From the IMG/VR virus record IMGVR_UViG_3300021138_000028, positions 1-62,090 of that record: a stretch of DNA of 62,090 nt, one strand, 5' to 3'. The stretch comes from a virus (lineage: Duplodnaviria > Caudoviricetes). Under the pieces are notes generated by a model. The model saw only the letters and a program-made list of their open reading frames with translations, was not told where the DNA came from and searched no databases. Of the stretch, positions 26,675 to 37,916 are shown piece after piece (within the stretch, counting starts at the first letter, position 1; every line of letters starts with the position of its first letter). A program made the position numbers and the translations under genes.

Positions 26675-27667
26675 ATGCTTTCTCAATCTTACGGAACTGC
26701 ATCCAACGAATTTGGAACATCTCAAAAGAACCCATATGCGATAACTCCGACTAAGCAACCTGCGACTGACAATAGTGCAGGTTCGATCATCAATGGTATG
26801 TCACAGCCATCTGCGACTGCCAACCCATATGCTGTTTCAAAGGCGCAAGCAACAAGCACTGGTGCGACTCCGCCGACCGCGAATACAGTTGCACCAAAGA
26901 CTGCGGCTTCGACCACGACTACGCCTCAGCTTGCGATCAACCAAAATGCTCAAGGGTATTACAATAATCCAATCAACTACCAGAGTTATAGCGGCAACCC
27001 TCTGTTCTCGATCATTGCGTCTCTGGGCCGATACATGGCACCTTTAGCTGGTCAGCAAGCGCAATTCGCTGGGCAAATGGAATCTGGACGAGAAGGAGCA
27101 TTGCAGAATTTCATCAATCAGTTTTCTCCACAATCTCAGCAAGCACAAGTAGCGACCTACGGTAGCCAAGCGAACGAAAATGCTGGGAAAGCGGCTCAAT
27201 ATGCGGCTGCTCAAGGAGCATCACAAGGTATCAGCCCTGCTTATACCGCTGGCAACACGGCATCTGAGTTTAATAATGCCGCGAACGCTACGAATCAGTA
27301 TCAAGCACAAGTCAATTCTCCACAATATCAGCAACAAGTTCTTCAATCGGTACTTGGTGCCTATGGACAGGCGCAACAAAATCCAACGTTGCAAGCGATT
27401 CTCGGTATGCAACCGGGTATTCAGAATCAGGAGCAGATCAATGCTCAGTCTGCATCTCAAGGCGGGATGCTTGGTGGACTCGGCGGCATTCTTGGTGCGC
27501 TAGGTGGTGGGGGTGGACTCAGTTCGATCCTCAATATGTTTGGTGGTGGTAGCGGTAGTTCTGCTAATACTTCACCAGCGGCAAATCCGTCGACACAAGG
27601 CTTCCAAGGACCTTTAAGCCCTGCACAACAAAATTACCAAGATTGGTACAACTATGGAGTGTGGTAA
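26675..27667 (+). CDS. internal virion / ejection protein
   Basis: Q/A/N-rich with a Gly-rich hydrophobic segment. Confidence 0.6.
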   Translation: MLSQSYGTASNEFGTSQKNPYAITPTKQPATDNSAGSIINGMSQPSATANPYAVSKAQATSTGATPPTANTVAPKTAASTTTTPQLAINQNAQGYYNNPINYQSYSGNPLFSIIASLGRYMAPLAGQQAQFAGQMESGREGALQNFINQFSPQSQQAQVATYGSQANENAGKAAQYAAAQGASQGISPAYTAGNTASEFNNAANATNQYQAQVNSPQYQQQVLQSVLGAYGQAQQNPTLQAILGMQPGIQNQEQINAQSASQGGMLGGLGGILGALGGGGGLSSILNMFGGGSGSSANTSPAANPSTQGFQGPLSPAQQNYQDWYNYGVW

Positions 27668-27670
27668 CCA

Positions 27671-29707
27671 ATGGCAATTAACGGTCTGCTATCAGCATTG
27701 TCGGCGGCAACGAACGCAGTAGGCAACTCGGCAACGGTTCCTTCTCCGAGTATGACTACGGATGCTTCTCAGGTCACAGCACAACCAATCAGCCCGACTC
27801 CGCAAGGTCAGTCGGTTGTCAATAAGGCAACAAAAGCGGCTAATCCTCCGGTGCCCAAGCAATCAGCGGCAACTCCGTCGACACAAGGTTTTCAAGGTCC
27901 GGTTCAGCCACAACCTTCCGTAAGTTCTCCAATGCCTAGCACGTTGGGTACTGGGCCAGGGCCGATCCATGCTCTAACAGCACTGGCAACGTTGCTCAAT
28001 CATCCTGAGTTTACGTCGGCTATGGCGAATACTGGTGCGCCGATCGTAATGCCTCCTGCGGCACAATCTTATAGTGATCCTCGGGCCGCAATCATGGGCG
28101 GCATGACTCAGCCTGCTGAATCACAACCAACGACTTCTGGTTACACTCAGCAATTCATGGCTGGTCCTCAATCTCAGGATCAGTCACAAGCAAATGATGC
28201 AGATTTAAGTGCTGTTCGCAGTTCTACGGATAAGTTGAATCAGGCAATTACTGATGCGGCTAAACAGAATATGCCTACGCCTCCCACTTTTCAGCAATTG
28301 GGTCCGTGGGACGATCAACAGAAGTTCATGGACTTGTTGAAGCAAGCCAACACTATGCGACTGCAAGCGGCAAACCAACCTGTTCCCAGGCAGCAACAGA
28401 TGAGCCCATTGCTTGCCTTACTCGCGGGTGCCTTAGCAACCGGTGATCGGTCAGGCAATTTTGCGAACAATTTCTTGCAAAACTTCAACCAGTCGGCTCA
28501 ATCTGCGAATCAAGGTGCGCTACAGCAATACCAAGAGAATCAGACTGCGGCAGGTATTGGGGCTCAACTCCCAGAACAAGAAGCTCAGAACTTACTGCAA
28601 CAACGAACACAGGCATTCCAGCAAATGGTGGATATGAATAAGAATGCCGTGGAGCAGTATAAAGCTGAACTTGGATATAACGGCAAGGTCAATCCAGCGG
28701 TCATTCGTGGATTGGTTTCTACAAACAATGCTCAAGTTCAAGCACAAGCAAGACAAACTGCGGCTGATATTCTTGCGAACTCTCATGTTCTCGCAGCGGG
28801 AACTACTTCTGCATGGAAGGTCTTTGGTGATCCGGTAGCTTCACAAGGGCAGAAGCAAGCGGCGTTGCAGGAAATCATGTCCAATAATCCAACGGTGTTT
28901 GGGGGCATGAGTCCAGAGGCCGTAGATGCCATTCTTTCGTCGGCTTCGCCCAAGCAAGTCGAATTGCTTGCCAAGGCTGATACGGATAAGGCTCGGGCCG
29001 CTTTCCTCTATGGCAAGACGGCAAATCTTCCATTGGAAGCACAGCAAGTTATTGCTCAGATTGGTCAGATTCAATCTAAGACAAACCTGTCTGATGCCCA
29101 GATGGGTCTAATAATGAAGCAGATTCAGAACTACGACACGAAATTCCAAGGGGATGCGGCTAAAGTTGCGGCTGAAACTGAATTGATTCGACAAAAGATA
29201 GCGAACGGTGGTGCAAGTGATCCTACCGATCAAATCAAGATCCTAAGTGCGGCAAATAATTCATTGAAGCAGGAAGCGGATATAGCGCAAAGGCAAATCA
29301 ATGAAATCAAGAAAAGTTATGGTGGGAATGCACCTCCTGATGGAAGCCCTGACACTAACCGATACATTGGGTTCAAAGCTATAGTCGATGCGGCTCCAAA
29401 GCAGATTGCAACTAATGTTGCGGCTATGAATGGTTTATTTGTAAAGCCAGTTGCGACTCAGACTCCAACACTAGGGGGTGCAGTGGGTTCTGGTATCGCC
29501 CATAACGTTCAATCGGGTCAGCCTCAGCAATCTCAAGCAGATCAAGCGGCCAAAGCTACAACTCCTTGGAATACGATGTATGTTCGACCAGGACTCCCAT
29601 CCGTTCGCGGGGATGTGTACTATCTAAGTCTAATTAAGCAAGGGTATCCTCCCGATAGGGCTCAGGCGATATTGCGAGATATGTATAACAGAGTAAACTC
29701 AAAATAG
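27671..29707 (+). CDS. internal virion / ejection protein
   Basis: 678 aa, Q/A-rich helical. Confidence 0.65.
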   Translation: MAINGLLSALSAATNAVGNSATVPSPSMTTDASQVTAQPISPTPQGQSVVNKATKAANPPVPKQSAATPSTQGFQGPVQPQPSVSSPMPSTLGTGPGPIHALTALATLLNHPEFTSAMANTGAPIVMPPAAQSYSDPRAAIMGGMTQPAESQPTTSGYTQQFMAGPQSQDQSQANDADLSAVRSSTDKLNQAITDAAKQNMPTPPTFQQLGPWDDQQKFMDLLKQANTMRLQAANQPVPRQQQMSPLLALLAGALATGDRSGNFANNFLQNFNQSAQSANQGALQQYQENQTAAGIGAQLPEQEAQNLLQQRTQAFQQMVDMNKNAVEQYKAELGYNGKVNPAVIRGLVSTNNAQVQAQARQTAADILANSHVLAAGTTSAWKVFGDPVASQGQKQAALQEIMSNNPTVFGGMSPEAVDAILSSASPKQVELLAKADTDKARAAFLYGKTANLPLEAQQVIAQIGQIQSKTNLSDAQMGLIMKQIQNYDTKFQGDAAKVAAETELIRQKIANGGASDPTDQIKILSAANNSLKQEADIAQRQINEIKKSYGGNAPPDGSPDTNRYIGFKAIVDAAPKQIATNVAAMNGLFVKPVATQTPTLGGAVGSGIAHNVQSGQPQQSQADQAAKATTPWNTMYVRPGLPSVRGDVYYLSLIKQGYPPDRAQAILRDMYNRVNSK

Positions 29708-29715
29708 GATGAATT

Positions 29716-32700
29716 ATGTCTGATGAATCCCAGAAGCCTTTAACGAATCCCGATGATGTAATCAAGGCATACGGCATTCCAAAGTATCAACCGTCAATCA
29801 CTACACCGGATGATGCTATCAAGGCGTATGGAATTCCAAAATATGATGCAACAAAACCTTTAACGAATCCCGATGATGTAATCAAGGCATACGGCATTCC
29901 AAAGTATCAAAAAGGGGCTCAACCTCCATCCATACCGGGTGCAGGTTTCGGTACTCCATCGGGCACAATTGGCACTCCTTCTCAGCCGATGAGTCCTAAC
30001 GACATCTCGGGTGCGCCTGATGTTCCTCCTGCCACAATGCCCGAACTTGGGTTAGCCTCAAGCATCCTGCCTGAGTTGGTTCAACCATACGCTAAAGCAT
30101 TTCAGCAAGCGGCGAATCAACAACACGCTGCTCAAGTCGCACAGCAAGCACCACAGGCAAATCAGCAATACCAATCGGTGCAGAACTTTTTGAATCAAGC
30201 ACGACAGCGATTCAGTGGGAACATGGGCAATATGTTGCCTACACAGCAAGCATCACAGCCCGTACAAAATGGTGGCGATGAATTGCTTCAAAGTCTCGGA
30301 ATTACACCTCCGAACGTCAATCCACAACCTGCCAAGGTGAAGCCAAAGAACGTTCGAGAACTGTTCCAAGGACAAACGTTGCCGCAGATGCAACAAACGA
30401 TTCAGCAATCGGCACAACAACCTCAGAATTGGGAAGTGCCGGGAATGGAGAACCATAACGTTGCTCCATCGTTAGAGGATGCTTCTAAGGCATTTCATGA
30501 CCAGATTGGAGTAGCCAATGACTATCTAAATAAAATCGGTCCCATTGGTCAGTTGTCAGCATTCGTCAAAGGGCTATTCCCGAATACTTCCAATAATGTT
30601 GACGCCATTCAAAAAGCACAATCGGGTGTTGGTGGCGCAATGAGCAATCTAGTCAATCCATTTATGCTGATGGATATGGTCACGAAAGGTAATACCGTCG
30701 ACCAAGTGATCCAAGCGGCACAAGACTTTCAAAATAGCAACTCTCCGATGGAAGGATTATCCAATGCTGTTCTGCATAATGCGGTAACGGGTTCGGCTGT
30801 AAATCCAAACTTGCAATTCTTAATGCCGTCGACGGTCACCAAAGATGTTATGGGTACATCGGCTCAAGGTATGCCAATTGTCAAGGCCCAAGAGTTTGAC
30901 CCACAAGCATACGGTGAAGCGGCAGGTAACGCTTTCATCATGGCAAAGGGAGGACTAGAAGGTCTTCATGCTATGCGTGGGGTTCCCAAGGCTGGGCCAG
31001 TAAGCGAAACGATTACTCCACCACCATTCCCGCAGGAATCAGTAGCCGAACCCGCTTCTGTGACTCAAAATCAATACTTGACGCACGATGATTTACTTAA
31101 CAATGTTAAGAATTCAATTAAAGAAATTCAAGATTATGTGGTTCAAAATGCACCAACACCAGAACACGCTGAATACTGGTCTACCCCGCTAAATGTGACG
31201 GGGATGGGAGCTTTCAGTACCGCAAAATCAGCTATTGATACGTTAAAGGATTACGCAAAACAACTAAAAGGTGAAGCAAGAACTAATGCAATTGACTCAA
31301 TAAATAAAGTAGAAAGCGTGAATCAAGCAGGAGGGGAATCAGGTTCACTATCTACACAACGTATATCCCCTGAAGGTGAACCATTTACGGTTCCAGAAGA
31401 AAAGGTGATTCAAGGTGTAGCCGATGCGCTAGTTCATCAATTGAAAGGGACACCAGATATTAATGGTTCGCGCTCTATACTTTTATCGCGATTCATGAAC
31501 GAATTGCAAAGTGGACAATACTCTGCGGAGATATTCAGCAAAATACAAAAGCTAATTGGTGAAGATAATCCTGAATTAGCAAAAAGCACGAACCCAGATG
31601 AATTAAGAGCAATAGCTGAACAGCAAGGCAAGAATGCGCTAGATAAAATTATGCAAGAAGGGGGTAAGCCTCAAGCCACAACTCCTACTCCTGAGCCGCA
31701 ATCGGCTCCAACTAAGCCACAAACGAATTCTGCACCTAAGCCTTATACCGCAAGCAATTGGCGGCAAGTAGCGCAAGAGAATATTGAGACTGCGAACCAT
31801 GCGTTGCAGAATATCAATCAGCGTGACGACCTAACCAACAGCCAAAAGCGTGGGTTGGCAATGGAACTTCGTGAGGTACGAAGTCAGTTGCAGGATTCAC
31901 TTGACTTCAATGAGCCTGCGCCATTTATGATTGACGAAATGAACGATGCTCACCAAGCATCGGGCATGGATGTTCATGATCTAGTTAAGCAACTTGTTAA
32001 CCACCAGCGGGATGTTTACGATATTCATCCAGATGAAATCCCTGCGGCAACGGACAAGATGTATTCTGACTTACGAGAATCGGGCGGCAAGATTACTCCC
32101 GATATGTTCTCGCATTATGAGGGTCGCATTGAACCCGAATCAGACATTCAGGAAAACCCAGCGCAAGAAAATACTGAAACTCATCTTGAGAATGGATCGG
32201 TAATTAAGCCTGAACCTGTAAGCGAAGCAGAACCAACGGAATCGAATCCTACTGATACGACTCGTGAGTCGATCACAACGAAACCTGCCAAGCCTAAAGC
32301 TGAACCTAAGCCACAGAAACCTCGTGGTGGAGCAAAAGCACTTATCGGAATGTCTCCAGATAGTGATGTTTTTGATCCGTTCAGCGACGACTACGATCCA
32401 GGGATTGTAGAGGCAGTTCTCAATCAGTTCGGGCCTCCTGATACTACTTATGACTACCACGAGGCAGGAAGTGCAGCAAGCCATTATCTTCAAGCGGCAC
32501 AAGAGGCACAGAGAGATGAAGACCTATATTTTGAGCAACGTGCAAACCGCTATGACACCTTTGGTAGTGAACTTAAAAATGTATTAAGCGATCCTCAAGT
32601 AATGAATTGGGGTGGTTGGAACAAATGGTCGAAAGTATACGGAAAAAGTAAATACGGAATAGCAAATAAAGTTATTTGGAAGCCAACTGGATTCATTAAA

Positions 32701-35700
32701 GGTGTCCCTTCTAACGGGATTGACCCAATTGTCAATGAAATGCTTGCGGAACACGCAACAAGGAATTACGGTGACCCAGAGTACCGATTAGCAAATAGCG
32801 AACAACATAAAGAAGCGTTAAATTCGGGCAATAAAGGCACAACAAAAATCGGGAAAAAACTTGACCGTATTCTTTCCAATCGAGATACGCCTCCATCTGG
32901 ATCAAAGATGGTTAGTGAAGTTGCATTGGATGACTATGGCGGGAATCGCCATATGTGGCCTTTGCCTCTTGTCCTAGACTTTATCAAGTCTGGTGACATT
33001 CCAATGACTGATCCAAGGCTCGAAGCCCCAACAAAAAGAAGAGGATTTACAAGTGCAGAAACAGAGCAAGCCCAACGATACTATTCCAAGCGTCCCAACG
33101 CTAAAATCACCAACGACCTCGACGTTAACCGTACCACCCAACCCTCCGGTGCCACAAGTGAACCAGTCGGTAACAATCAACCCACCGAAGTACGACCCAC
33201 AAGTGGAAGCGATCAAGCAACAACTTCGGGCAGGACGAATGCCGTCGTTGAAAACCCTGTTGGGGATCATAGCGGACGCGAAAATGGAGCAAATGAACCA
33301 GCACGATCAAATGGTTCATCAGAACCGAATGCAAAGCCAAGCACAAAGCAACTCAACCCAGACAGCGTTGCCGCAGTTGCCGCAGCTAGGCAAGACATTC
33401 AAGACGCCACCAACTTCTTAGCTCGGCTCGGAGCCAAAGTCAGTAGCGGCGTTGACATTACTGAGATCCCAGAAGCACTTACCCATCTTGGCAAGATGGC
33501 TAAAGCATGGGTAACTATTGGTGAAGTTCATGCACTCGATCTTGTTGACAAGGTAAATGATTGGCTAAAAGAGAACAACCTTACGATTTCGAAGGATGCT
33601 CTCAATAAAGTTCTTGCCGACCATGATCTTCTTCATCCATCTGAGTCTACGGAAAGTGCAGAAGCAAGCCAAGCGGTTACGCCACTACCTTTGAACGAAA
33701 ATGGTCGACCAACAACAACGGGTGGATCACGACGAGTCATCGAGGAACACGTTGCCGCTGGCGCATTGAAGCCTATCCCTAAAGGAACTTGGGATTCACC
33801 ACAGGAAACGATCAAGAAAGCTCAAGAATGGGTCGCAAACGGTGGTTCTCCTGATGCGCTCCTAGATGAGTTGGAGCAGAATAAGCGTCCAGCAAACGGC
33901 ATTGAGGTTCGTATTCTGGAAGAAGGCGATCTTGCCAAGCAACGGGCTATCAACAAGGCTCAATCAGAAGCATCGTCAACCAATGATCCTGCAAGGAAAG
34001 CGGCACTTCAAGCAGAAGTTTCTCGGCTGTCTGACGACTTACAGCAGTTCAAAGAACGACAACAAAAGATAGCGTCTCAAGCAGGAAACGTACTTGCTCA
34101 GTTCCAAGGGAATCGTGAGATTGACACTGGAAACTTTGCTCAAGTTCAAGCGGCAATAGAGAAGTCTCAAGGACGTAGCCTGTCAGCACCAGAACGAGAA
34201 CAGTTGCATCATATAATTGAGCAGTTAAAGTCTGACGATGCAGAACACAGGGACAATCTTGCAAGCCTGACTGAGAAACTTCACCAGCATGAACAGACTA
34301 TTCGTGAGACACAAGCACAGCTCGAACTCAATAAGTCGGTGCGAGAAACCCGAACCAAGGCTACTCGTGCATCGCTCTATGACGAAAGACAGAAGTTATT
34401 CCAAGATCTTGCTCGGGTCGGTTCACGTTTAAGTTCCAATCCTGCCGATGAAGTAGCAAACGGTTTTGTTATCCTCGGGAAACTGGCAAAGAACATTGCG
34501 GCAGAAGGGGTCTTGTCGATTGACGACTTGATGAGCAAGATCAAGACTCAACTTGCCGACAACAAGATCGATTTCCATTTCACAAAGAAGGATCTCATTG
34601 ACTCCATTATTGGAGACAACGGTAAAGAGAAACCAGTACAAAGCGAACAGCAAAAGAATTCCGCTGATGTTGTCAAAATGGCAAAGCTCCATGATGCCAT
34701 TGATGACATCTGGGAGAATGGGAACAAGGAATCTCCACCCAAAGTAAAGCAACCCGAACATCCAGAGGTAGCAAAGCTCAAAGCTGAATTCAAGTCAATC
34801 AAAAAGGCAACGGCACCTGCTAATGCTTCGCTTGATTACGTGGTTAAGAATGCGGCTGAAACGGGCAATTCCGATCTTAATGCACTCCTAGAGAAAGTCA
34901 AAAAGTCTTATCCGAATGCGACTCTTCGAGATGTTGTCGAATCGCTGTCCCCAAAAGAAGGCCGACCCAATACGCTTACACCTGAAAGCGCGAACCTGCG
35001 GGACGCACGAATGCAGGCCGATCTGACAAAGAAAATCGCAGATCAAGAAGTTAAGACTCCACGAAAGAACCCGTTAGAGAAACCTATTCCTGACAGTCCA
35101 GAGGTCACTCGGCTCAAGGGCCTTCTGGATGAAGCGCGGAAGAATAATCCTCAACCCAAGGTCTATAAGCCAACGGGCAATACAGTGAAGGACACGCTTA
35201 ATACGACCAAGGTTGGATCGTTCTCCGATCTCGTCAAAGAAGTTCAAGCCAAGCATCCTGAAATGAGCGAAGAGGACATTTACAATGCACTCTTAGAAAA
35301 GAAAGCGTCGGCTCAAGAATCGGCACGTCAAGTCACGAATCGGACTATTCGCAGCCAAGCGAAAATGATCAAAGATATTCGTGATCTTGAATCACAACTC
35401 AAGATGGGTAAGGCCGCTGAGTCAATCAAGGAGGCTGCCAAGACCAAGGATGCTGAATCGCAAGCACTTGAAACTAGACGAAAGAATCTCCAAAGTCTTG
35501 TTCGCAGCATGAGTCAATCGCAAAAGCCTACGAACCTTGCGGCAGTTTTGGCAGAAGGAGCTCGGTTTATAATTATGGCGAATCCAAGGTCTATTGCCCA
35601 TATTGCTCTTGCTGGTCCTGCGACAATGGCTATGGATGAGGCAGGCAAGATTCCTGCTGGAATTCGCAATACCGTCAACTCAGGTTTATACAAAGTATCT

Positions 35701-37002
35701 GGTGGCAAACTTGGAACGAATCAAATCCTCAATGCTGGGCCAAATTTGCCTGATTATATAAGGTCTGCCGCTACTGCACTTAAAGTCAAAGATGCGGCGA
35801 AATACGCATGGCGAGGTCAGAGTGAAGCGGAAATGCAACTCAATCAATCGCCCGATCAATACTATGGATCACATGGTCTTCAAACTCCTGCTAATAAAAT
35901 CAGAAACATGATTCGCAACCCAGAAGCACGAACCACGCAAAACACATTGAAAACTATTGAAGAACTCGAACATAGTGTTGGAACTTTGCATGGTGCCCTT
36001 CAACAACTTACAGCTAAGAATCCAGGCATGATGCGAACGGTCTTGGAGCAATCAAAGCTAATGGCGCATAACCTAAGTGAGCCTGAATTGCAAAGTCTTA
36101 GCCCAAGCCTCAAGAACCTCACAGGCAAACAGCTTCGATCTGCGGCTCAAACATATCTTGCGGAAAATCCAACCGCCGAAACAAAACAGAAAGGACTCGA
36201 TTATGGCAATCGTATTGCCAATATGAGCGACAACAACATCAATAAGCTTGTGGCAAACGTGCGAAGCAGTCTCGGGAAGACGGGTGAAACCGTCAATGAA
36301 ATCGGAGGCAAGAATAATGCGTCCAAACTTGCTAATGCTGGCATTACTTACGCTATGCCCGTTGCCAAGCCAAGTATCAATCAAGCGTTTATAAACGCTG
36401 AATATTCTCCGCTCGGTATAGCTCGTGGTGGATTTTCCCTTTTGTCTGATAGTTTGCACAATGCGACAAAGAACCTAGAACCTGGACAAAAGCCTTCTGC
36501 TAGTGCTTGGTCTAAATTGTCCGACGTGCTTCATGACACAACAACGAAACTTACGACAGAAGAGAAAGCGAATGCACAACGATTATTCGACCATGGGCTC
36601 GTAGGCACTGGCATGATTTACCTCGGAGCGCAAATGTACCTAAAGAACATGGCTACAGGTTCTTATCTTGGGCCGCAAGATAAAGAGCGGGCCGCAAACG
36701 CAAAGAGAGCAAAGCAGAATGCTACTGGCATCGTGCCTTCAGTTCTTGACACTGACAAAGGAATGGGTGTCGTTCCTGTTGGTGGAGGGATCGGACTACC
36801 ACTTCATATGTTTGGTGCGCTTGGGGCTGCTTTACTTGCTGGTGTCAACTTCGCAAAGCAACTTCTCGACGGACATCCTAATGAAGCACCAGAGGCTTTA
36901 GCTCATAGAATATATGAATCGTTACTGAACGACTACAATCCGATCAGTCCAATCATGAGCGCAATGGACAAGTTAAAGAATCTTTTCAAGCCAAAGAAGT
37001 AA
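29716..37002 (+). CDS. giant internal virion / DNA-transfer protein (2428 aa)
   Basis: size, position and composition typical of podovirus ejectosome proteins. Confidence 0.65.
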   Translation: MSDESQKPLTNPDDVIKAYGIPKYQPSITTPDDAIKAYGIPKYDATKPLTNPDDVIKAYGIPKYQKGAQPPSIPGAGFGTPSGTIGTPSQPMSPNDISGAPDVPPATMPELGLASSILPELVQPYAKAFQQAANQQHAAQVAQQAPQANQQYQSVQNFLNQARQRFSGNMGNMLPTQQASQPVQNGGDELLQSLGITPPNVNPQPAKVKPKNVRELFQGQTLPQMQQTIQQSAQQPQNWEVPGMENHNVAPSLEDASKAFHDQIGVANDYLNKIGPIGQLSAFVKGLFPNTSNNVDAIQKAQSGVGGAMSNLVNPFMLMDMVTKGNTVDQVIQAAQDFQNSNSPMEGLSNAVLHNAVTGSAVNPNLQFLMPSTVTKDVMGTSAQGMPIVKAQEFDPQAYGEAAGNAFIMAKGGLEGLHAMRGVPKAGPVSETITPPPFPQESVAEPASVTQNQYLTHDDLLNNVKNSIKEIQDYVVQNAPTPEHAEYWSTPLNVTGMGAFSTAKSAIDTLKDYAKQLKGEARTNAIDSINKVESVNQAGGESGSLSTQRISPEGEPFTVPEEKVIQGVADALVHQLKGTPDINGSRSILLSRFMNELQSGQYSAEIFSKIQKLIGEDNPELAKSTNPDELRAIAEQQGKNALDKIMQEGGKPQATTPTPEPQSAPTKPQTNSAPKPYTASNWRQVAQENIETANHALQNINQRDDLTNSQKRGLAMELREVRSQLQDSLDFNEPAPFMIDEMNDAHQASGMDVHDLVKQLVNHQRDVYDIHPDEIPAATDKMYSDLRESGGKITPDMFSHYEGRIEPESDIQENPAQENTETHLENGSVIKPEPVSEAEPTESNPTDTTRESITTKPAKPKAEPKPQKPRGGAKALIGMSPDSDVFDPFSDDYDPGIVEAVLNQFGPPDTTYDYHEAGSAASHYLQAAQEAQRDEDLYFEQRANRYDTFGSELKNVLSDPQVMNWGGWNKWSKVYGKSKYGIANKVIWKPTGFIKGVPSNGIDPIVNEMLAEHATRNYGDPEYRLANSEQHKEALNSGNKGTTKIGKKLDRILSNRDTPPSGSKMVSEVALDDYGGNRHMWPLPLVLDFIKSGDIPMTDPRLEAPTKRRGFTSAETEQAQRYYSKRPNAKITNDLDVNRTTQPSGATSEPVGNNQPTEVRPTSGSDQATTSGRTNAVVENPVGDHSGRENGANEPARSNGSSEPNAKPSTKQLNPDSVAAVAAARQDIQDATNFLARLGAKVSSGVDITEIPEALTHLGKMAKAWVTIGEVHALDLVDKVNDWLKENNLTISKDALNKVLADHDLLHPSESTESAEASQAVTPLPLNENGRPTTTGGSRRVIEEHVAAGALKPIPKGTWDSPQETIKKAQEWVANGGSPDALLDELEQNKRPANGIEVRILEEGDLAKQRAINKAQSEASSTNDPARKAALQAEVSRLSDDLQQFKERQQKIASQAGNVLAQFQGNREIDTGNFAQVQAAIEKSQGRSLSAPEREQLHHIIEQLKSDDAEHRDNLASLTEKLHQHEQTIRETQAQLELNKSVRETRTKATRASLYDERQKLFQDLARVGSRLSSNPADEVANGFVILGKLAKNIAAEGVLSIDDLMSKIKTQLADNKIDFHFTKKDLIDSIIGDNGKEKPVQSEQQKNSADVVKMAKLHDAIDDIWENGNKESPPKVKQPEHPEVAKLKAEFKSIKKATAPANASLDYVVKNAAETGNSDLNALLEKVKKSYPNATLRDVVESLSPKEGRPNTLTPESANLRDARMQADLTKKIADQEVKTPRKNPLEKPIPDSPEVTRLKGLLDEARKNNPQPKVYKPTGNTVKDTLNTTKVGSFSDLVKEVQAKHPEMSEEDIYNALLEKKASAQESARQVTNRTIRSQAKMIKDIRDLESQLKMGKAAESIKEAAKTKDAESQALETRRKNLQSLVRSMSQSQKPTNLAAVLAEGARFIIMANPRSIAHIALAGPATMAMDEAGKIPAGIRNTVNSGLYKVSGGKLGTNQILNAGPNLPDYIRSAATALKVKDAAKYAWRGQSEAEMQLNQSPDQYYGSHGLQTPANKIRNMIRNPEARTTQNTLKTIEELEHSVGTLHGALQQLTAKNPGMMRTVLEQSKLMAHNLSEPELQSLSPSLKNLTGKQLRSAAQTYLAENPTAETKQKGLDYGNRIANMSDNNINKLVANVRSSLGKTGETVNEIGGKNNASKLANAGITYAMPVAKPSINQAFINAEYSPLGIARGGFSLLSDSLHNATKNLEPGQKPSASAWSKLSDVLHDTTTKLTTEEKANAQRLFDHGLVGTGMIYLGAQMYLKNMATGSYLGPQDKERAANAKRAKQNATGIVPSVLDTDKGMGVVPVGGGIGLPLHMFGALGAALLAGVNFAKQLLDGHPNEAPEALAHRIYESLLNDYNPISPIMSAMDKLKNLFKPKK
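29737..29910 (+). repeat. three 60-bp-period coding repeats; units 1 and 3 share 54 identical bp
   Basis: LTNPDDVIKAYGIPKY / ITTPDDAIKAYGIPKY / LTNPDDVIKAYGIPKY. Confidence 0.9.
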
Positions 37003-37057
37003 GGCCCATTCATAATTCAGAATTCAATCGTAAAATAATCAAGGCAGGAATATCAAA

Positions 37058-37498
37058 ATGGCAGAATCAGGAAATTGGATCGCAGGCGCAACAAAGAACA
37101 AGGGTGCATTACATCGTAAGCTCGGAGTACCAGAGGGTGAGAAGATCCCAAATAAAAAGATCGTTGCCGCCGAAAAGAAGGGGGGTACCATCGGTAAAGA
37201 AGCGCGACTTGCGGAAACACTTAAAGGTTTCCACAAAGAAGGAAATAAGGACGATATGAAAAAGCCAGAAGAAAAGAAGTTCGAGAAGTCTAAGTCGGAC
37301 AAAGACAAGGGTATGAAAGAAGATTCCAAGGCCGATAAGAAGGCCGACAAGAAGGCCGACAAGAAGGAAATGAAGTCGGAACCGAAAGGCAAGATCATCG
37401 GCTATGTTGGCAAAGAGATGAAAGGATCTCCTGACACTCTCGAAGGTCGACAAAAAGAAATGGCTGCAATCAAAGCCAAAATGCTCGGAAAGAAGTAA
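37058..37498 (+). CDS. Lys-rich small phage protein (WI.GA.K.KGALH..LGVP family) with a K/D/E-rich tail
   Basis: recognisable N-terminal motif. Confidence 0.7.
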   Translation: MAESGNWIAGATKNKGALHRKLGVPEGEKIPNKKIVAAEKKGGTIGKEARLAETLKGFHKEGNKDDMKKPEEKKFEKSKSDKDKGMKEDSKADKKADKKADKKEMKSEPKGKIIGYVGKEMKGSPDTLEGRQKEMAAIKAKMLGKK

Positions 37499-37567
37499 GG
37501 CAATCGCCCCACTACCGTTTGAATTCATCCCTTATGGCTGGGGGAGGGATAACACAGGCAACAAACT

Positions 37568-37915
37568 ATGTCAGGTTATCCAACTATTCGGGCCGACGGT
37601 CTAATTTCAGCCAACTACGATTATGCGCTAGGTTCGACAACCTATCAGCAAATCTCGGGTGGAAGCACAGCTTTAACTGTTCTGAACAATAAACTCCCTA
37701 GCACTGTTCGGCAGTCGATTATTGTTTCCAATCCACCAACATCTATTGGCACGTTGTATATCAGCACTGTCAGCACGTTGACCAACACTGGCGGCAAATC
37801 ATTTGCTCAACTTGCGCCTGGTCAAATGATGATTCTCGCTGTCAATGGGCTCTTTCCTCTTTATGTTCTTGGTAGTGCATCAGGAACCCTTGTGACCGTA
37901 TTGGAGGTCCAGTAA
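37568..37915 (+). CDS. small virion protein
   Basis: RQSIIVSNP....LYI motif; T/S/G-rich. Confidence 0.65.
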   Translation: MSGYPTIRADGLISANYDYALGSTTYQQISGGSTALTVLNNKLPSTVRQSIIVSNPPTSIGTLYISTVSTLTNTGGKSFAQLAPGQMMILAVNGLFPLYVLGSASGTLVTVLEVQ

Positions 37916-37916
37916 C

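Noticed and set aside
37039-37528. Antisense ORFs over the Lys-rich gene, and similar shadows such as 39922..40611 and 47913..48353
   Set aside because: Shadow frames of better-supported genes on the opposite strand
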